From: Candidatus Parcubacteria bacterium | GTDB taxonomy: Bacteria; Patescibacteriota; Patescibacteriia; Patescibacteriales; UBA12075 | DNA length: 64,000 nt | Direction of reading: 5' to 3' | Assembly (NCBI GenBank): GCA_963814275.1 | Contig: CAWFCE010000002.1 | Location: 618,537 to 682,536, forward strand | Shown: one piece after another, positions 46,401 to 55,033 of the stretch | Numbering within the stretch: the stretch's first letter is position 1 | How the letters are laid out: each line of letters begins with the position of its first letter | Notes under the pieces: generated by a model | Seen by the model: only the letters and a program-made list of their open reading frames with translations | Database searches by the model: none | Told to the model about the DNA's origin: nothing | Translations under genes and position numbers: made by a program

Positions 46401-46490
46401 ATTGGTTGTTTTCTTTTTAAAAAACAAGTTCGAATAAGAATAGGCACTCCGTGCCAGAAAAAAATAACTCTAGCCCCAGAGTTATTTTTT
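46401..46490 (+). repeat. decayed tRNA-Trp 3'-portion relic plus hairpin (boundary 2)
   Basis: attggttgttttctttttaaaaaacaagttcgaataagaataggcactccgtgcc, then the 13-bp stem aaaaaataactct / agagttatttttt. Confidence 0.55.
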
Positions 46491-46559
46491 GTTTTACTAT
46501 TTAGGATAATGGAATTTTTGTGTTATAATAAACATAATAAATATAAATATTATCTATTT

Positions 46560-48641
46560 ATGAAGAGCATTAAACTATACTTTGTTTTTGTCGCAATTTT
46601 TGTAATAGGCATTTACTTATTGCCATTAACTAGCGACGCCAATACAACCCCTTATCAATTATTGGATTCAGGATTAAATGTAAATTTTGGAGGTTATGGC
46701 AATATTAATTGTAATGTTAAGTGGGATGTAGCTAACGAAGGGCAGGGCAGTTATTTTCAAGAAAAATTCTATTACAAATATGGTGATGTGGTTACCAGTA
46801 AAAACGCGATCTGTGGCTGTATTCAAACTCCGGAAGCAGAATGCCATTGTCAGGGGACAATACAGAATCCAGTTCTTGGTGGTACTTATTATTATAAAAT
46901 TAAAGAGGATGGTGAATATCCGGAGGAATTCAAATATCTAGTTAACATACCGACCAAAATGTCAGATGACGCTGTCTCAATAGATGTAACTTCCAGTTCG
47001 GCTACAATTGAATGGACCACTGATGAAAGTTTGAGATCGAATGTTTTTTATTATCAGGTAGATAAAGACATAAACCAGGATTCAGTGCGTAATGATGAGT
47101 ATGCAAAAAATCATATTATTAAATTAGACGGCCTTAATCCTGGCACGGAATATGGGTTTACCGCAAATTCTATTGACGGAACCGGATATGGAGTAACAAG
47201 CGGTTTGTTGTTTTTTACTACCGAATCGGGTAATATATGTCATGATTCTGATGGTGGTCAAAATTATGAAGAAGCCGGTCAAGTGACTTTTGACGGCAGA
47301 GAGGATACGTCTTGGGGGAAAGATGATTGTGTTATTAGTAATGGGAATTATACGTATACCCCCACTACATATTGTCAGGGTAATAATTGTTATCAACGTG
47401 AAAAGGTGTGTGATAGCGAGGGTATAGATATTGTCGCGGAATATCATCCTTGTCCTGATGGCTGCACCAATGGTGCATGTCAGATAGATAATAAACAATC
47501 ATGCCAAGAGACTGATTCGGGAGACGATATATATACGAAAGGAAAAATAATTCTGTCGAATGGCTTTGAAATGGAAGATACTTGTGACCGATATAGTCTG
47601 CGTGAAACTTACTGTGTTAACGGTTCTTATGTCTATAGTACCAGAAATTGTAAATATGGTTGTGACGATGGCGCCTGTAAAAGCTCACTGCAAGATGAAG
47701 GTAATGACAATGACGAGCAATCAGATGATTCGGACGAGGTAATGTTGGAAGAGATAGAAATTGCCACTTGCATAGACGATGATGGAGGAAAGGACTATTC
47801 GCTTAGGGGCACTGTTAAATTCGGCTCAATAAAACATAGCGATGAATGCCAGGGAAATTATCTCGTAGAATATTGGTGTTCAAACAATCAGGTTTATAAT
47901 ACAGCCTACCGGTGCCCGGATGTTTGTATTGAAGGTGCCTGTACAGAGAATAAATCAAGTAACGATTCAAATGAAGCGGGAAGTAGTGATAACGGTCAGA
48001 TGGAATATTTGGAAGAAGGGAGCCGGGAAGGCGAAAACATTGATGTCGAACCAGAAAATGAAGTAGAAGGTGGGGCAAATATAAATATTAGTATAGAGCA
48101 AGTGCCAGAGCATGTAAATGGAAGAATATTGCTAAAAACGGAAGACGCGGGTAAGGCATATTACGTGAATCCGCAAAATAAAACAATGCATTATTTGGGG
48201 ACACCGGAAGATGCTTATTCGGTGATGCGTATTAATAGCACCGGTATAACCAATAATGATTTATATAAGATTCCTATCGGTGTTATATATGTAGAAGACG
48301 ATAGCGATTTTGATGGTTTGTCGGATAGTTTTGAAGTTTGTTTGGGTTTAAATCCTTACAGTAATGATTCTGACGGTGATGGTTATGGGGATGCAGATGA
48401 ATTGAATAAGGGATATAGTCCCTGGGGGAGTGGACGTCAAAATTTGGATTTAAATTTTTCGGATAGACAAAAAGGAAGGATATTTTTACAGATTGAAAAA
48501 GCTGGCGAAGCCTGGTATGTAAATCCCGAAGATAATAAGCGTTATTTTCTCGGCCGTCCGTCCGATGCTTTTAATGTTATGCGGAATTTGGGGTTGGGAA
48601 TATCCAATAAGGATTTCAAAGATTTAACCGGGGGTGAATAG
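46560..48641 (+). CDS. large secreted multidomain protein (FN3, three Cys-rich modules, Ca-binding Asp repeats, two copies of a ~50-aa GRIxLQ..GEAWYVxP domain)
   Basis: Start moved to ATG 46560 (MKSIKLYFVFVAIFVIG). FN3-like SATIEWTTDE..GTEYGF. Repeats of form CxDxDGGxxY...C...GAC x3. DSDFDGLSD..NDSDGDGYGDADE. GRILLKTEDAGKAYYVNP and GRIFLQIEKAGEAWYVNP. Confidence 0.75.
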   Translation: MKSIKLYFVFVAIFVIGIYLLPLTSDANTTPYQLLDSGLNVNFGGYGNINCNVKWDVANEGQGSYFQEKFYYKYGDVVTSKNAICGCIQTPEAECHCQGTIQNPVLGGTYYYKIKEDGEYPEEFKYLVNIPTKMSDDAVSIDVTSSSATIEWTTDESLRSNVFYYQVDKDINQDSVRNDEYAKNHIIKLDGLNPGTEYGFTANSIDGTGYGVTSGLLFFTTESGNICHDSDGGQNYEEAGQVTFDGREDTSWGKDDCVISNGNYTYTPTTYCQGNNCYQREKVCDSEGIDIVAEYHPCPDGCTNGACQIDNKQSCQETDSGDDIYTKGKIILSNGFEMEDTCDRYSLRETYCVNGSYVYSTRNCKYGCDDGACKSSLQDEGNDNDEQSDDSDEVMLEEIEIATCIDDDGGKDYSLRGTVKFGSIKHSDECQGNYLVEYWCSNNQVYNTAYRCPDVCIEGACTENKSSNDSNEAGSSDNGQMEYLEEGSREGENIDVEPENEVEGGANINISIEQVPEHVNGRILLKTEDAGKAYYVNPQNKTMHYLGTPEDAYSVMRINSTGITNNDLYKIPIGVIYVEDDSDFDGLSDSFEVCLGLNPYSNDSDGDGYGDADELNKGYSPWGSGRQNLDLNFSDRQKGRIFLQIEKAGEAWYVNPEDNKRYFLGRPSDAFNVMRNLGLGISNKDFKDLTGGE

Positions 48642-48790
48642 CAAGTTTCCACTTTATTATCATCCGCTCTCACGTGTTCCAGTAAAAATCAATCTTCCGT
48701 GCATGGGGAAATAAAACACAGGCTCAATAGGGCTTGTTTTTTGGAATAAATACTGATAAATTGATTATATTAAATATTAATAAGAATTTA

Positions 48791-50353
48791 ATGAATAAAA
48801 GAAATTTGATCATTGCGGCCAGTATACTCGTGTTTTTATTGTTAGGTTTCGCCCTAATCAAGAACAAACATAACAGTAACAACAATTTGGAGCAGACAGT
48901 TCTGGGGGATACGCTGGATATTTCCAAACAATATCTGAATTTGCGCCTTTTGACCGACAACACCTTGACCAAAGCATCAGAATATACGGATTACCGATCC
49001 TGGAACAAACAAATGGCCGCCTTGCTTAATATGTGGCAGGAGCTGGACAAAAGCGCCGGCGCCTTGGAAAGTCTGGCCGGTGGCTATGCCGGAGAAAAAG
49101 TCAGCTGGAATTTGCTTAATCCGGCGCAGGCTGTTACCACGGAAGAAATTAATAATGTTTTCGACAATGCCCCGGCCGGAAAAAAGATCAGAACTTTGGC
49201 GAAATTTTTAGGGGTGGATGCCAAGCGGGCCTATAAGATGCTGGAACAAACCCAAAACGAGGTCAAAGCCGATGCCTGGAATGAGGCCGGCGACGAATTC
49301 CAAAAATTGGAAACCACAGCTGTGGTGATAAAAGACGGCTGCAAGGTGGCCGGTTTTGTCGGCGGCGTGATAATTACCGGCGGTACCAGCGCCATTGCGG
49401 CCGGGTCAACCCTGTCTCAGGTGGCGGTGGTAGTGACCGGGGCTGATTTGGTTTTGGAAGTATCTGAAGACGCGGCCAACATCTCCCTGGGCAACAATAA
49501 TGACGCCGCCGCGCTTATCGGCGATATCAGGAAATTCACAGAGCCGGCGGCCGCGATCCTGGCCATAACGGATCTGCCGAACAATATCGCGACAAATTTC
49601 GATAAATTCAATGCCTTTATGTTCGGTTTGGACAATTTCCGCTCCACCGCCCAGGAAGGCAAAGTGATCGGCATTGCCTTGCCGGTTTACGATGGCAAGG
49701 AAATAAAGATCAATATTGATGGCGCGGTCATGGACCGGAGCGAACTGGAAGAGTGGCTGCAATCCCAGGGCTATGACGGTTATGAAGATTATTTGGCCGG
49801 TTTATTCGGCCCAGGCGCTGAAACAGCGGCGGAAGCCAGCGCCCCGGAGGAAGCAGCGCCTGCGGACGCGGCAGCGGCGGAAGCCAGCGCCCCGGAGGAA
49901 ACAGCAGGGGAGGCAGAAACCAAGGAAACCGCGGCGAATGACGGCAATTATCAAATCACCCCCGATACGGTTTACGGACAGGACGGCAAAGTCAGCATCA
50001 CCCTGGAAAGCCCTTTGGACCCTGTTTTCCAGAGAGGCCAGGCGAGGATGTGGGAGATAAAAGTAAACAATTGGGACGAGGAAACAGCCGGCCGAAGCTA
50101 TACTTGCGACTGGTCCTTCTATCTGGGCGGAGAACTTTACCGGGAGCAAGCGGATACCTGCCGCTTTACCAGCACCTTTATTGACAAAGCGGGCGATTTG
50201 ACGGCGGAGTTGAAGTTCAAAATTTTACAAGGGCGTTCTGTTTTTGACGAGAATGGCGAATATATCGATTATGTCAAAGACACGGTTGATACCCTGACTT
50301 TGACGCAGGAATACTCGGTCGAAGCGCCGGTGGATACTTATGTGCATCCGTAG
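48791..50353 (+). CDS. secreted/anchored protein of unknown function
   Basis: Start moved to ATG 48791 (MNKRNLIIAASILVFLLLGF). Internal 44-bp-spaced duplicate encoding AAEASAPEE. Confidence 0.6.
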   Translation: MNKRNLIIAASILVFLLLGFALIKNKHNSNNNLEQTVLGDTLDISKQYLNLRLLTDNTLTKASEYTDYRSWNKQMAALLNMWQELDKSAGALESLAGGYAGEKVSWNLLNPAQAVTTEEINNVFDNAPAGKKIRTLAKFLGVDAKRAYKMLEQTQNEVKADAWNEAGDEFQKLETTAVVIKDGCKVAGFVGGVIITGGTSAIAAGSTLSQVAVVVTGADLVLEVSEDAANISLGNNNDAAALIGDIRKFTEPAAAILAITDLPNNIATNFDKFNAFMFGLDNFRSTAQEGKVIGIALPVYDGKEIKINIDGAVMDRSELEEWLQSQGYDGYEDYLAGLFGPGAETAAEASAPEEAAPADAAAAEASAPEETAGEAETKETAANDGNYQITPDTVYGQDGKVSITLESPLDPVFQRGQARMWEIKVNNWDEETAGRSYTCDWSFYLGGELYREQADTCRFTSTFIDKAGDLTAELKFKILQGRSVFDENGEYIDYVKDTVDTLTLTQEYSVEAPVDTYVHP

Positions 50354-50413
50354 CAGCTTCGGGAAACAGAAAATTGCTAATATCGCGCGGGTAATGACTT
50401 TATAAATTAGAAA

Positions 50414-50437
50414 AGGTAACGTTACCTTAACGTTACC
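50414..50437. promoter_or_regulatory. palindromic candidate operator upstream of AbrB-like gene
   Basis: aggtaacgttacct is a perfect 14-bp palindrome (50414-50427). taacgttacc is repeated 11 bp later (50417-26 and 50428-37). Confidence 0.4.
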
Positions 50438-50451
50438 TCCGAAATAAACCT

Positions 50452-50607
50452 ATGAGAGAAGTCAGGAAGATAATTAAAAATGGGGCGGGGACTTATTATG
50501 TTTCTATTCCCAAAGAATATATGAAAGCTTTGAAATATAAGGACGGGCAGAAGGTGATGGTGGAGAAGCGGAAGAATGGGATATATATTTGTGACTGGGA
50601 GAAGTAG
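50452..50607 (+). CDS. AbrB/MazE/SpoVT-type DNA-binding protein (51 aa)
   Basis: Hand translation, absent from the track: MREVRKIIKNGAGTYYVSIPKEYMKALKYKDGQKVMVEKRKNGIYICDWEK. Fits the swapped-hairpin pattern (G..Y.V.IPK......L....G..V). Confidence 0.7.
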   Translation: MREVRKIIKNGAGTYYVSIPKEYMKALKYKDGQKVMVEKRKNGIYICDWEK

Positions 50608-50720
50608 GCGATATTCAGAGTGCCATCGTGGAGAACTGTGCAAATAATTGACTGATTAAAAAAAATATTATAAAGTTTTGGCATTGATTGCATATTATTA
50701 CCCCAAAAAAAGGAGCGATC

Positions 50721-50921
50721 ATGGCTGAGGACAAAAGCAGGTATATCGACATTCGATCTAACGGAGGAGGCGTAGTCGGCAGGGTTTTTGATGAAAATGG
50801 AGAAATAATACACGAACCCTTCAAAGGGCCGACAAGAAAAGCAATGTTAAAAAAGTTTAGGAGCAAATTCAATCCCAATCCATCAATAAATATAAAACGG
50901 CGCGGGAAAACTTATTTTTGA
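50721..50921 (+). CDS. small basic hypothetical protein
   Basis: ATG 50721 is preceded by aaaggag. MAEDKSRYIDIRSNGGGVVGRVFDENGEIIHEPFKGP... Confidence 0.45.
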   Translation: MAEDKSRYIDIRSNGGGVVGRVFDENGEIIHEPFKGPTRKAMLKKFRSKFNPNPSINIKRRGKTYF

Positions 50922-51133
50922 CATTGTTATTGTATCGCAAAAAACAAACTGCAGCTGGAATAAATACTACCCCCAGACATTAATCTGGGGGTTATTATTT
51001 CCAAAATAAAGAATCATCCTCCAGCAGCCGTGATTTTTGTATGACCAGAGAAAGATCGAATCTGATTCAAGTATATGTTACAATATAAAGTAGTATAGAA
51101 TTATTAACAAAATTAATTATTTATAAAAAAATT

Positions 51134-51292
51134 ATGTCAAAATATAAATGTACAATATGCGACTATATTTATGACGAAACGGCTGGCGATCCGGAACATG
51201 GGGTAGGGCCAGGCACGAAATTCCAAGATATTCCGGATACCTGGGTTTGCCCGCTCTGCGGCGTAGGCAAGGATAAATTTGTGAAGATTTAA
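51134..51292 (+). CDS. rubredoxin
   Basis: Hand translation, absent from the track: [52 protein letters not shown]. Two CxxC pairs in canonical rubredoxin spacing. Confidence 0.9.
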   Translation: MSKYKCTICDYIYDETAGDPEHGVGPGTKFQDIPDTWVCPLCGVGKDKFVKI

Positions 51293-51306
51293 TAATAAGA
51301 ATATAA

Positions 51307-51393
51307 ATAGGTTGCTTTATTTCTAAAAAACAAGTTCGGATTAGAATTGGCACCTTGTGCGCATAAAGTCACAGCTAAAATTAGCTGTGACTT
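51307..51393 (+). repeat. decayed tRNA-Trp 3'-portion relic plus conserved hairpin (boundary 3)
   Basis: ataggttgctttatttctaaaaaacaagttcggattagaattggcaccttgtgcg, then aagtcacagctaaaattagctgtgactt. Confidence 0.55.
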
Positions 51394-51432
51394 TCGGTAT
51401 GGAACAATGCAGAAGCGAATCCGGATAACCGG

Positions 51433-51464
51433 AAAAATATATCAATAGCTATTGATATATTTTT
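51433..51464. promoter_or_regulatory. 32-bp perfect palindrome, candidate ArsR-family operator overlapping the promoter
   Basis: aaaaatatatcaatag|ctattgatatattttt. Possible -35 attgat (51451-56) and -10 tatact (51475-80), 18 nt apart. Located 26 nt upstream of the ArsR start. Confidence 0.5.
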
Positions 51465-51489
51465 GCTCAAGCAGTATACTTAATTTCAT

Positions 51490-51810
51490 ATGGTGGATAA
51501 ATGCTGCCTTCCCGGCAGTGTACAGCAAAAAGAACTCCTTAATCTTAAAAAAGATTTTGAGGTGTTAAACGATGTTAATCGGCTTCGTATTTTATGTTTG
51601 GTTAAAGCGCATAATGAGATTTGCGTGTGCGATATCCAAGAGTCGCTGGATCTGCCGCAAAATTTAGTGTCATATCATTTGGGCAAACTGAAAGACGCTG
51701 GTTTTGTAGAGTCGAGTAAGCAAGGCGCAAAGGTGATGTATCGCCAGGGGGTCAAAAAGGCAAAAGAATTTGAGAAAACTATTGTTAATTTATTAAATAA
51801 ACGCCCTTAA
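51490..51810 (+). CDS. ArsR/SmtB family metalloregulatory transcriptional repressor
   Basis: LNDVNRLRILCLV...EICVCDIQESLDLPQNLVSYHLGKLKDAGFV. Confidence 0.9.
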   Translation: MVDKCCLPGSVQQKELLNLKKDFEVLNDVNRLRILCLVKAHNEICVCDIQESLDLPQNLVSYHLGKLKDAGFVESSKQGAKVMYRQGVKKAKEFEKTIVNLLNKRP

Positions 51811-51862
51811 GGGAGTGCACCCCGGGAGTATTTCTTTCAGGGCGCCCTCAGGGCATAACATT

Positions 51863-52183
51863 ATGCGCAGTAAAACAAGTGCCTTTGGAGCACAAATACA
51901 AGTTTTAGGTTCGGGCTGCCCGACCTGCAAGCAGTTATTAGAAACTGTTAAAAAGGTGGCCAAAGATTTAAGCATTGACACGGAAGTAGAGTATATCACC
52001 GACGTCGCCAAGATGATCGAGATGGGCGTAATGCAGAGCCCGGTGCTGGCCGTTGACGGCAAGCCGGTTTTAACCGGCGGGGGTAAAGGCGAAGAGGAGA
52101 TAAAAGAAGCTATTTGCGGAGCGATGAAAACCATTGAAAATGAAAAGGGGCATGGTGGCTGTTCTTGCTGCGAGCATTGTTGA
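51863..52183 (+). CDS. thioredoxin-fold small redox-active disulfide protein with Cys-rich tail
   Basis: Start ATG 51863. IQVLGSGCPTCKQLLETVKKV...GVMQSPVLAVDGKPV. C-terminal GHGGCSCCEHC. Confidence 0.78.
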   Translation: MRSKTSAFGAQIQVLGSGCPTCKQLLETVKKVAKDLSIDTEVEYITDVAKMIEMGVMQSPVLAVDGKPVLTGGGKGEEEIKEAICGAMKTIENEKGHGGCSCCEHC

Positions 52184-52207
52184 TTTAATCAATCAAGTTA
52201 ACTGATT

Positions 52208-53179
52208 ATGGATATTTTTTACCCTTTAGAATTATTCGCTAAATGGATCACCTATGGCGTTTTTTCACTGCATGCCGGGCACTTGGCCGGAGCCTTGGAG
52301 TTTTTTGTTTATGATTCCTTGAAAATATTTGTTTTGATAATCTTCATTACTCATTTTATGAGTTTGTTAAGATTTTATTTACCGATCGAGAAATTGAAGG
52401 ACTTTCTAGCGGCGCACCGGATGTTCGGTCTGGACTATTTTTTGGCAACAGTGTTCGGGGCTCTTACCCCCTTTTGTTCTTGTTCGTCCATCCCTTTGTT
52501 TATTGGATTCATGGAAGCCCGAATTCCCCTGGGCGTTACTTTTGCATTTTTAATAACATCCCCCCTGGTTAATGAAATAGCTATCGGTTTGTTTATCGGT
52601 ATGTTTGGCATGAAGATTACCACCATATACGTTGTATCCGGTATTTTGATCGGTATGGTCGGAGGTTTTGTGATCGGTAAACTGAAGATGGAAAAATATG
52701 TAGCTGATTTTGTTTGGAATATCAAAGCTCAGAAATTAAGCAAGGCAGAGGCTAAAAAAGTTCCTTGGGGGGGAGTGTATAGAATAATTTCCCGAGAAGC
52801 TTGGGGGATCAGTAGAAAAATAATGTTGTATGTTCTGGCCGGGGTGGCTGTTGGCGGGTTGATTCATGGCTATGTCCCGGAAGGGTTTTTTGAAGTGTAT
52901 TTACGGAAGGCTGGCTTTTGGGGTGTCCCGCTGGCGGTAATTTTAGCTGTCCCGCTATATTCCAATGCCAGCGGCGTTATACCTATTATCCAGTCATTAA
53001 TAGCTAAAGGCGTGCCGCTGGGAACAGGCTTGGCTTTTATGATGGCTACCGTGGGACTTTCCTTGCCCGAAGCCATGATACTCAAGAAAGTGTTGAAATG
53101 GCAGTTGTTGGCTGCCTTTTTCGGGATCGTTGCCGTGGGCATAATTTTAATTGGCTATTTATTCAATATAATATTATAA
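52208..53179 (+). CDS. permease of the DUF318/ArsP-type family
   Basis: Polytopic. Signature LTPFCSCSSIPLFIGF. Typical partner of ArsR plus the small thioredoxin. Confidence 0.82.
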   Translation: MDIFYPLELFAKWITYGVFSLHAGHLAGALEFFVYDSLKIFVLIIFITHFMSLLRFYLPIEKLKDFLAAHRMFGLDYFLATVFGALTPFCSCSSIPLFIGFMEARIPLGVTFAFLITSPLVNEIAIGLFIGMFGMKITTIYVVSGILIGMVGGFVIGKLKMEKYVADFVWNIKAQKLSKAEAKKVPWGGVYRIISREAWGISRKIMLYVLAGVAVGGLIHGYVPEGFFEVYLRKAGFWGVPLAVILAVPLYSNASGVIPIIQSLIAKGVPLGTGLAFMMATVGLSLPEAMILKKVLKWQLLAAFFGIVAVGIILIGYLFNIIL

Positions 53180-53222
53180 CAAAAAATAAGCCGGCGCTTA
53201 TTTAAATCAATATATAAAAACC

Positions 53223-53735
53223 ATGAAAAAATACATTTTATTTTCTTTTTTATTTTTTGTTTCTTTATCCTTGGCTGGGTGTAGCCAGGGACAAGCAGAA
53301 GCGCAAATAAAAAATAACGATAAACTAAAGAACACTGCTCAAGCAGCCAATAAGCAAGTGAATAATTCTAACCAATATCCGGTTTCGAGCATTGAGACTG
53401 TGGCTGATAAGGTGCAGGTTTTTCTTTTTCATGGCATAGAGCGCTGTGCCACTTGCATTGCCATTGGTAAATTTGCCAATGAAACAGTTAATGAAAGATT
53501 TAAGAATGAGCTTCAGTCTGGTGAAATTGAATTCAGGGAAATTAATATAGACTTGCCGGCCAACAAAGAACTGGCTAGAAAATTTCAAGCCAGCGGGTCA
53601 GCTTTGTATCTCAATGGTATCAGGGGGAACGAGGACAACATTATGCAGGATACAAAGGTGTGGAGCTTAACAGGAAATCCGACGGCCTTCAAAGACTATC
53701 TTGAAGGGAGAATAAATACTTTGCTAGGAAGATAA
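53223..53735 (+). CDS. thioredoxin-like lipoprotein with CxxC
   Basis: Lipobox LSLAGC. FHGIERCATCIAIGKF. I recall similar proteins being named ArsF-family in ars-type clusters; unverified. Confidence 0.55.
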   Translation: MKKYILFSFLFFVSLSLAGCSQGQAEAQIKNNDKLKNTAQAANKQVNNSNQYPVSSIETVADKVQVFLFHGIERCATCIAIGKFANETVNERFKNELQSGEIEFREINIDLPANKELARKFQASGSALYLNGIRGNEDNIMQDTKVWSLTGNPTAFKDYLEGRINTLLGR

Positions 53736-53736
53736 A

Positions 53737-54456
53737 ATGGATTTTATAAATGCTTTAATGGATAGTTATAATATCCCGGTGTTTACGGCTTTCTTGCTTG
53801 GTGTTTTGACTTCAATCAGTCCTTGCCCTCTGGCCACCAATATTACGGCGGTCGCCTATATATCGAAAGAGCTGAAAACAATTAAGAACACCTTGTTCAA
53901 CGGGTTGTTCTATACCCTGGGCAGAGGGATTAGCTATACACTCCTGGCTACTTTGGTTTATTTCGGGATATCAAGTTTTCAGATTTCCAATATTTTTGAG
54001 GGTTGGGGAGATAAAGTGTTAGGACCAATATTGATTATTATCGGCTTAATAATGTTTGGAGCCATAAATATAAATATTGGGATCAAAAGCGAGAAGGTAG
54101 CGAGAATAAAAGAGTGGCTAGCGCAAAAAGGATATATTGGCTCACTTCTTTTGGGTGTTATTTTTGCCCTGGCATTTTGCCCGTATAGCGGGGTTTTATT
54201 TTTTGGAGTTTTGATACCGCTGGTATTGAGTTCGACCGAGGGCTTGCTGCTGGCACCGTTATTTGCGCTAGGCACCGGGTTGCCGGTTATTATATTTTCT
54301 TTTCTGATCGCTTTCTCAATGCAAAAAGTTAGCCAGGCTTTCCAAATAGTGCAAAAGCTTGAAAGAGTGATGAGATATATTGTGGCCAGCGTGTTTATAG
54401 CAACGGGACTATATTATTCGTATATTTTACTTAAATTCCTATTCCTTCTTTTTTAA
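53737..54456 (+). CDS. CcdA/DsbD-like transmembrane thiol-disulfide transfer protein
   Basis: Six TM segments. Cys-Pro motifs SISPCPLATN and LAFCPYSG in TM1 and TM4. Confidence 0.72.
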   Translation: MDFINALMDSYNIPVFTAFLLGVLTSISPCPLATNITAVAYISKELKTIKNTLFNGLFYTLGRGISYTLLATLVYFGISSFQISNIFEGWGDKVLGPILIIIGLIMFGAININIGIKSEKVARIKEWLAQKGYIGSLLLGVIFALAFCPYSGVLFFGVLIPLVLSSTEGLLLAPLFALGTGLPVIIFSFLIAFSMQKVSQAFQIVQKLERVMRYIVASVFIATGLYYSYILLKFLFLLF

Positions 54457-54523
54457 TTCAGGCAGGATAATATTTGTAGTATTCATATAATAAGCACTAA
54501 TATCGTAACCAATCCAGCAAAAT

Positions 54524-54553
54524 AAAATCACAGCTAATATTGGCTGTGATTTT
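54524..54553 (+). repeat. conserved hairpin (boundary 4)
   Basis: aaaatcacagctaatattggctgtgatttt. Preceded by gtaaccaatcc (compare gtaacccaatc at boundary 1). Followed by ..gcagcaagttcgaacc. Confidence 0.6.
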
Positions 54554-54627
54554 TGATCGGTGAGCAGCAAGTTCGAACCTAACCAGGTAATTTGCTATAA
54601 TTAAAGCATCATATTGAAAATAATTTT

Positions 54628-54994
54628 ATGATAATTGATTCACACGTACTATATCCCTATTTGAAAATAACGCAATTAACCCGGAAGATGCGTTTAAACT
54701 TCTTTTGGCGGATATGGTGAGGAACGAAGTCGGCTATGTAGTTGTAATTCCTGATAATTTTGAGAATTCGGACAGTATAGCCGATTTGGATAAAGCAATT
54801 CAATTGGCCGGAAAGTACAGCAATGTTTTTTCTTGGGAAGTCCACAAATTGTTCAAAGAGGTTCAAGCGAATTGGAAAAATACATAAAATTATTAAAAGG
54901 AGGAACTGTTAAAGGATTAAAATTTTTTCCAGGCCACGGTCCGTATTATCCCAGCGATGAAAGGTTGTTGCCATATTATGGAATATATTTATGA
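54628..54994 (+). pseudogene. amidohydrolase (TIM-barrel metal hydrolase) 5' fragment with frameshifts
   Basis: Frame 1: MIIDSHVLYPYL. Frame 2: ..NPEDAFKLLLADMVRNEVGYVVVIP..LAGKYSNVF. Frame 3: ..VKGLKFFPGHGPYYPSDERLLPYY. The C-terminal half is absent. Confidence 0.5.
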
Positions 54995-55033
54995 TAGTAT
55001 AATATTATATTTTGTTAAATATAAGAAATAATT

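Noticed and set aside
50422-50878. Minus-strand ORFs 50422..50643, 50496..50813 and 50615..50878
   Set aside because: They overlap each other and the plus-strand AbrB-like and small basic ORFs. They are low-complexity AT-rich translations.
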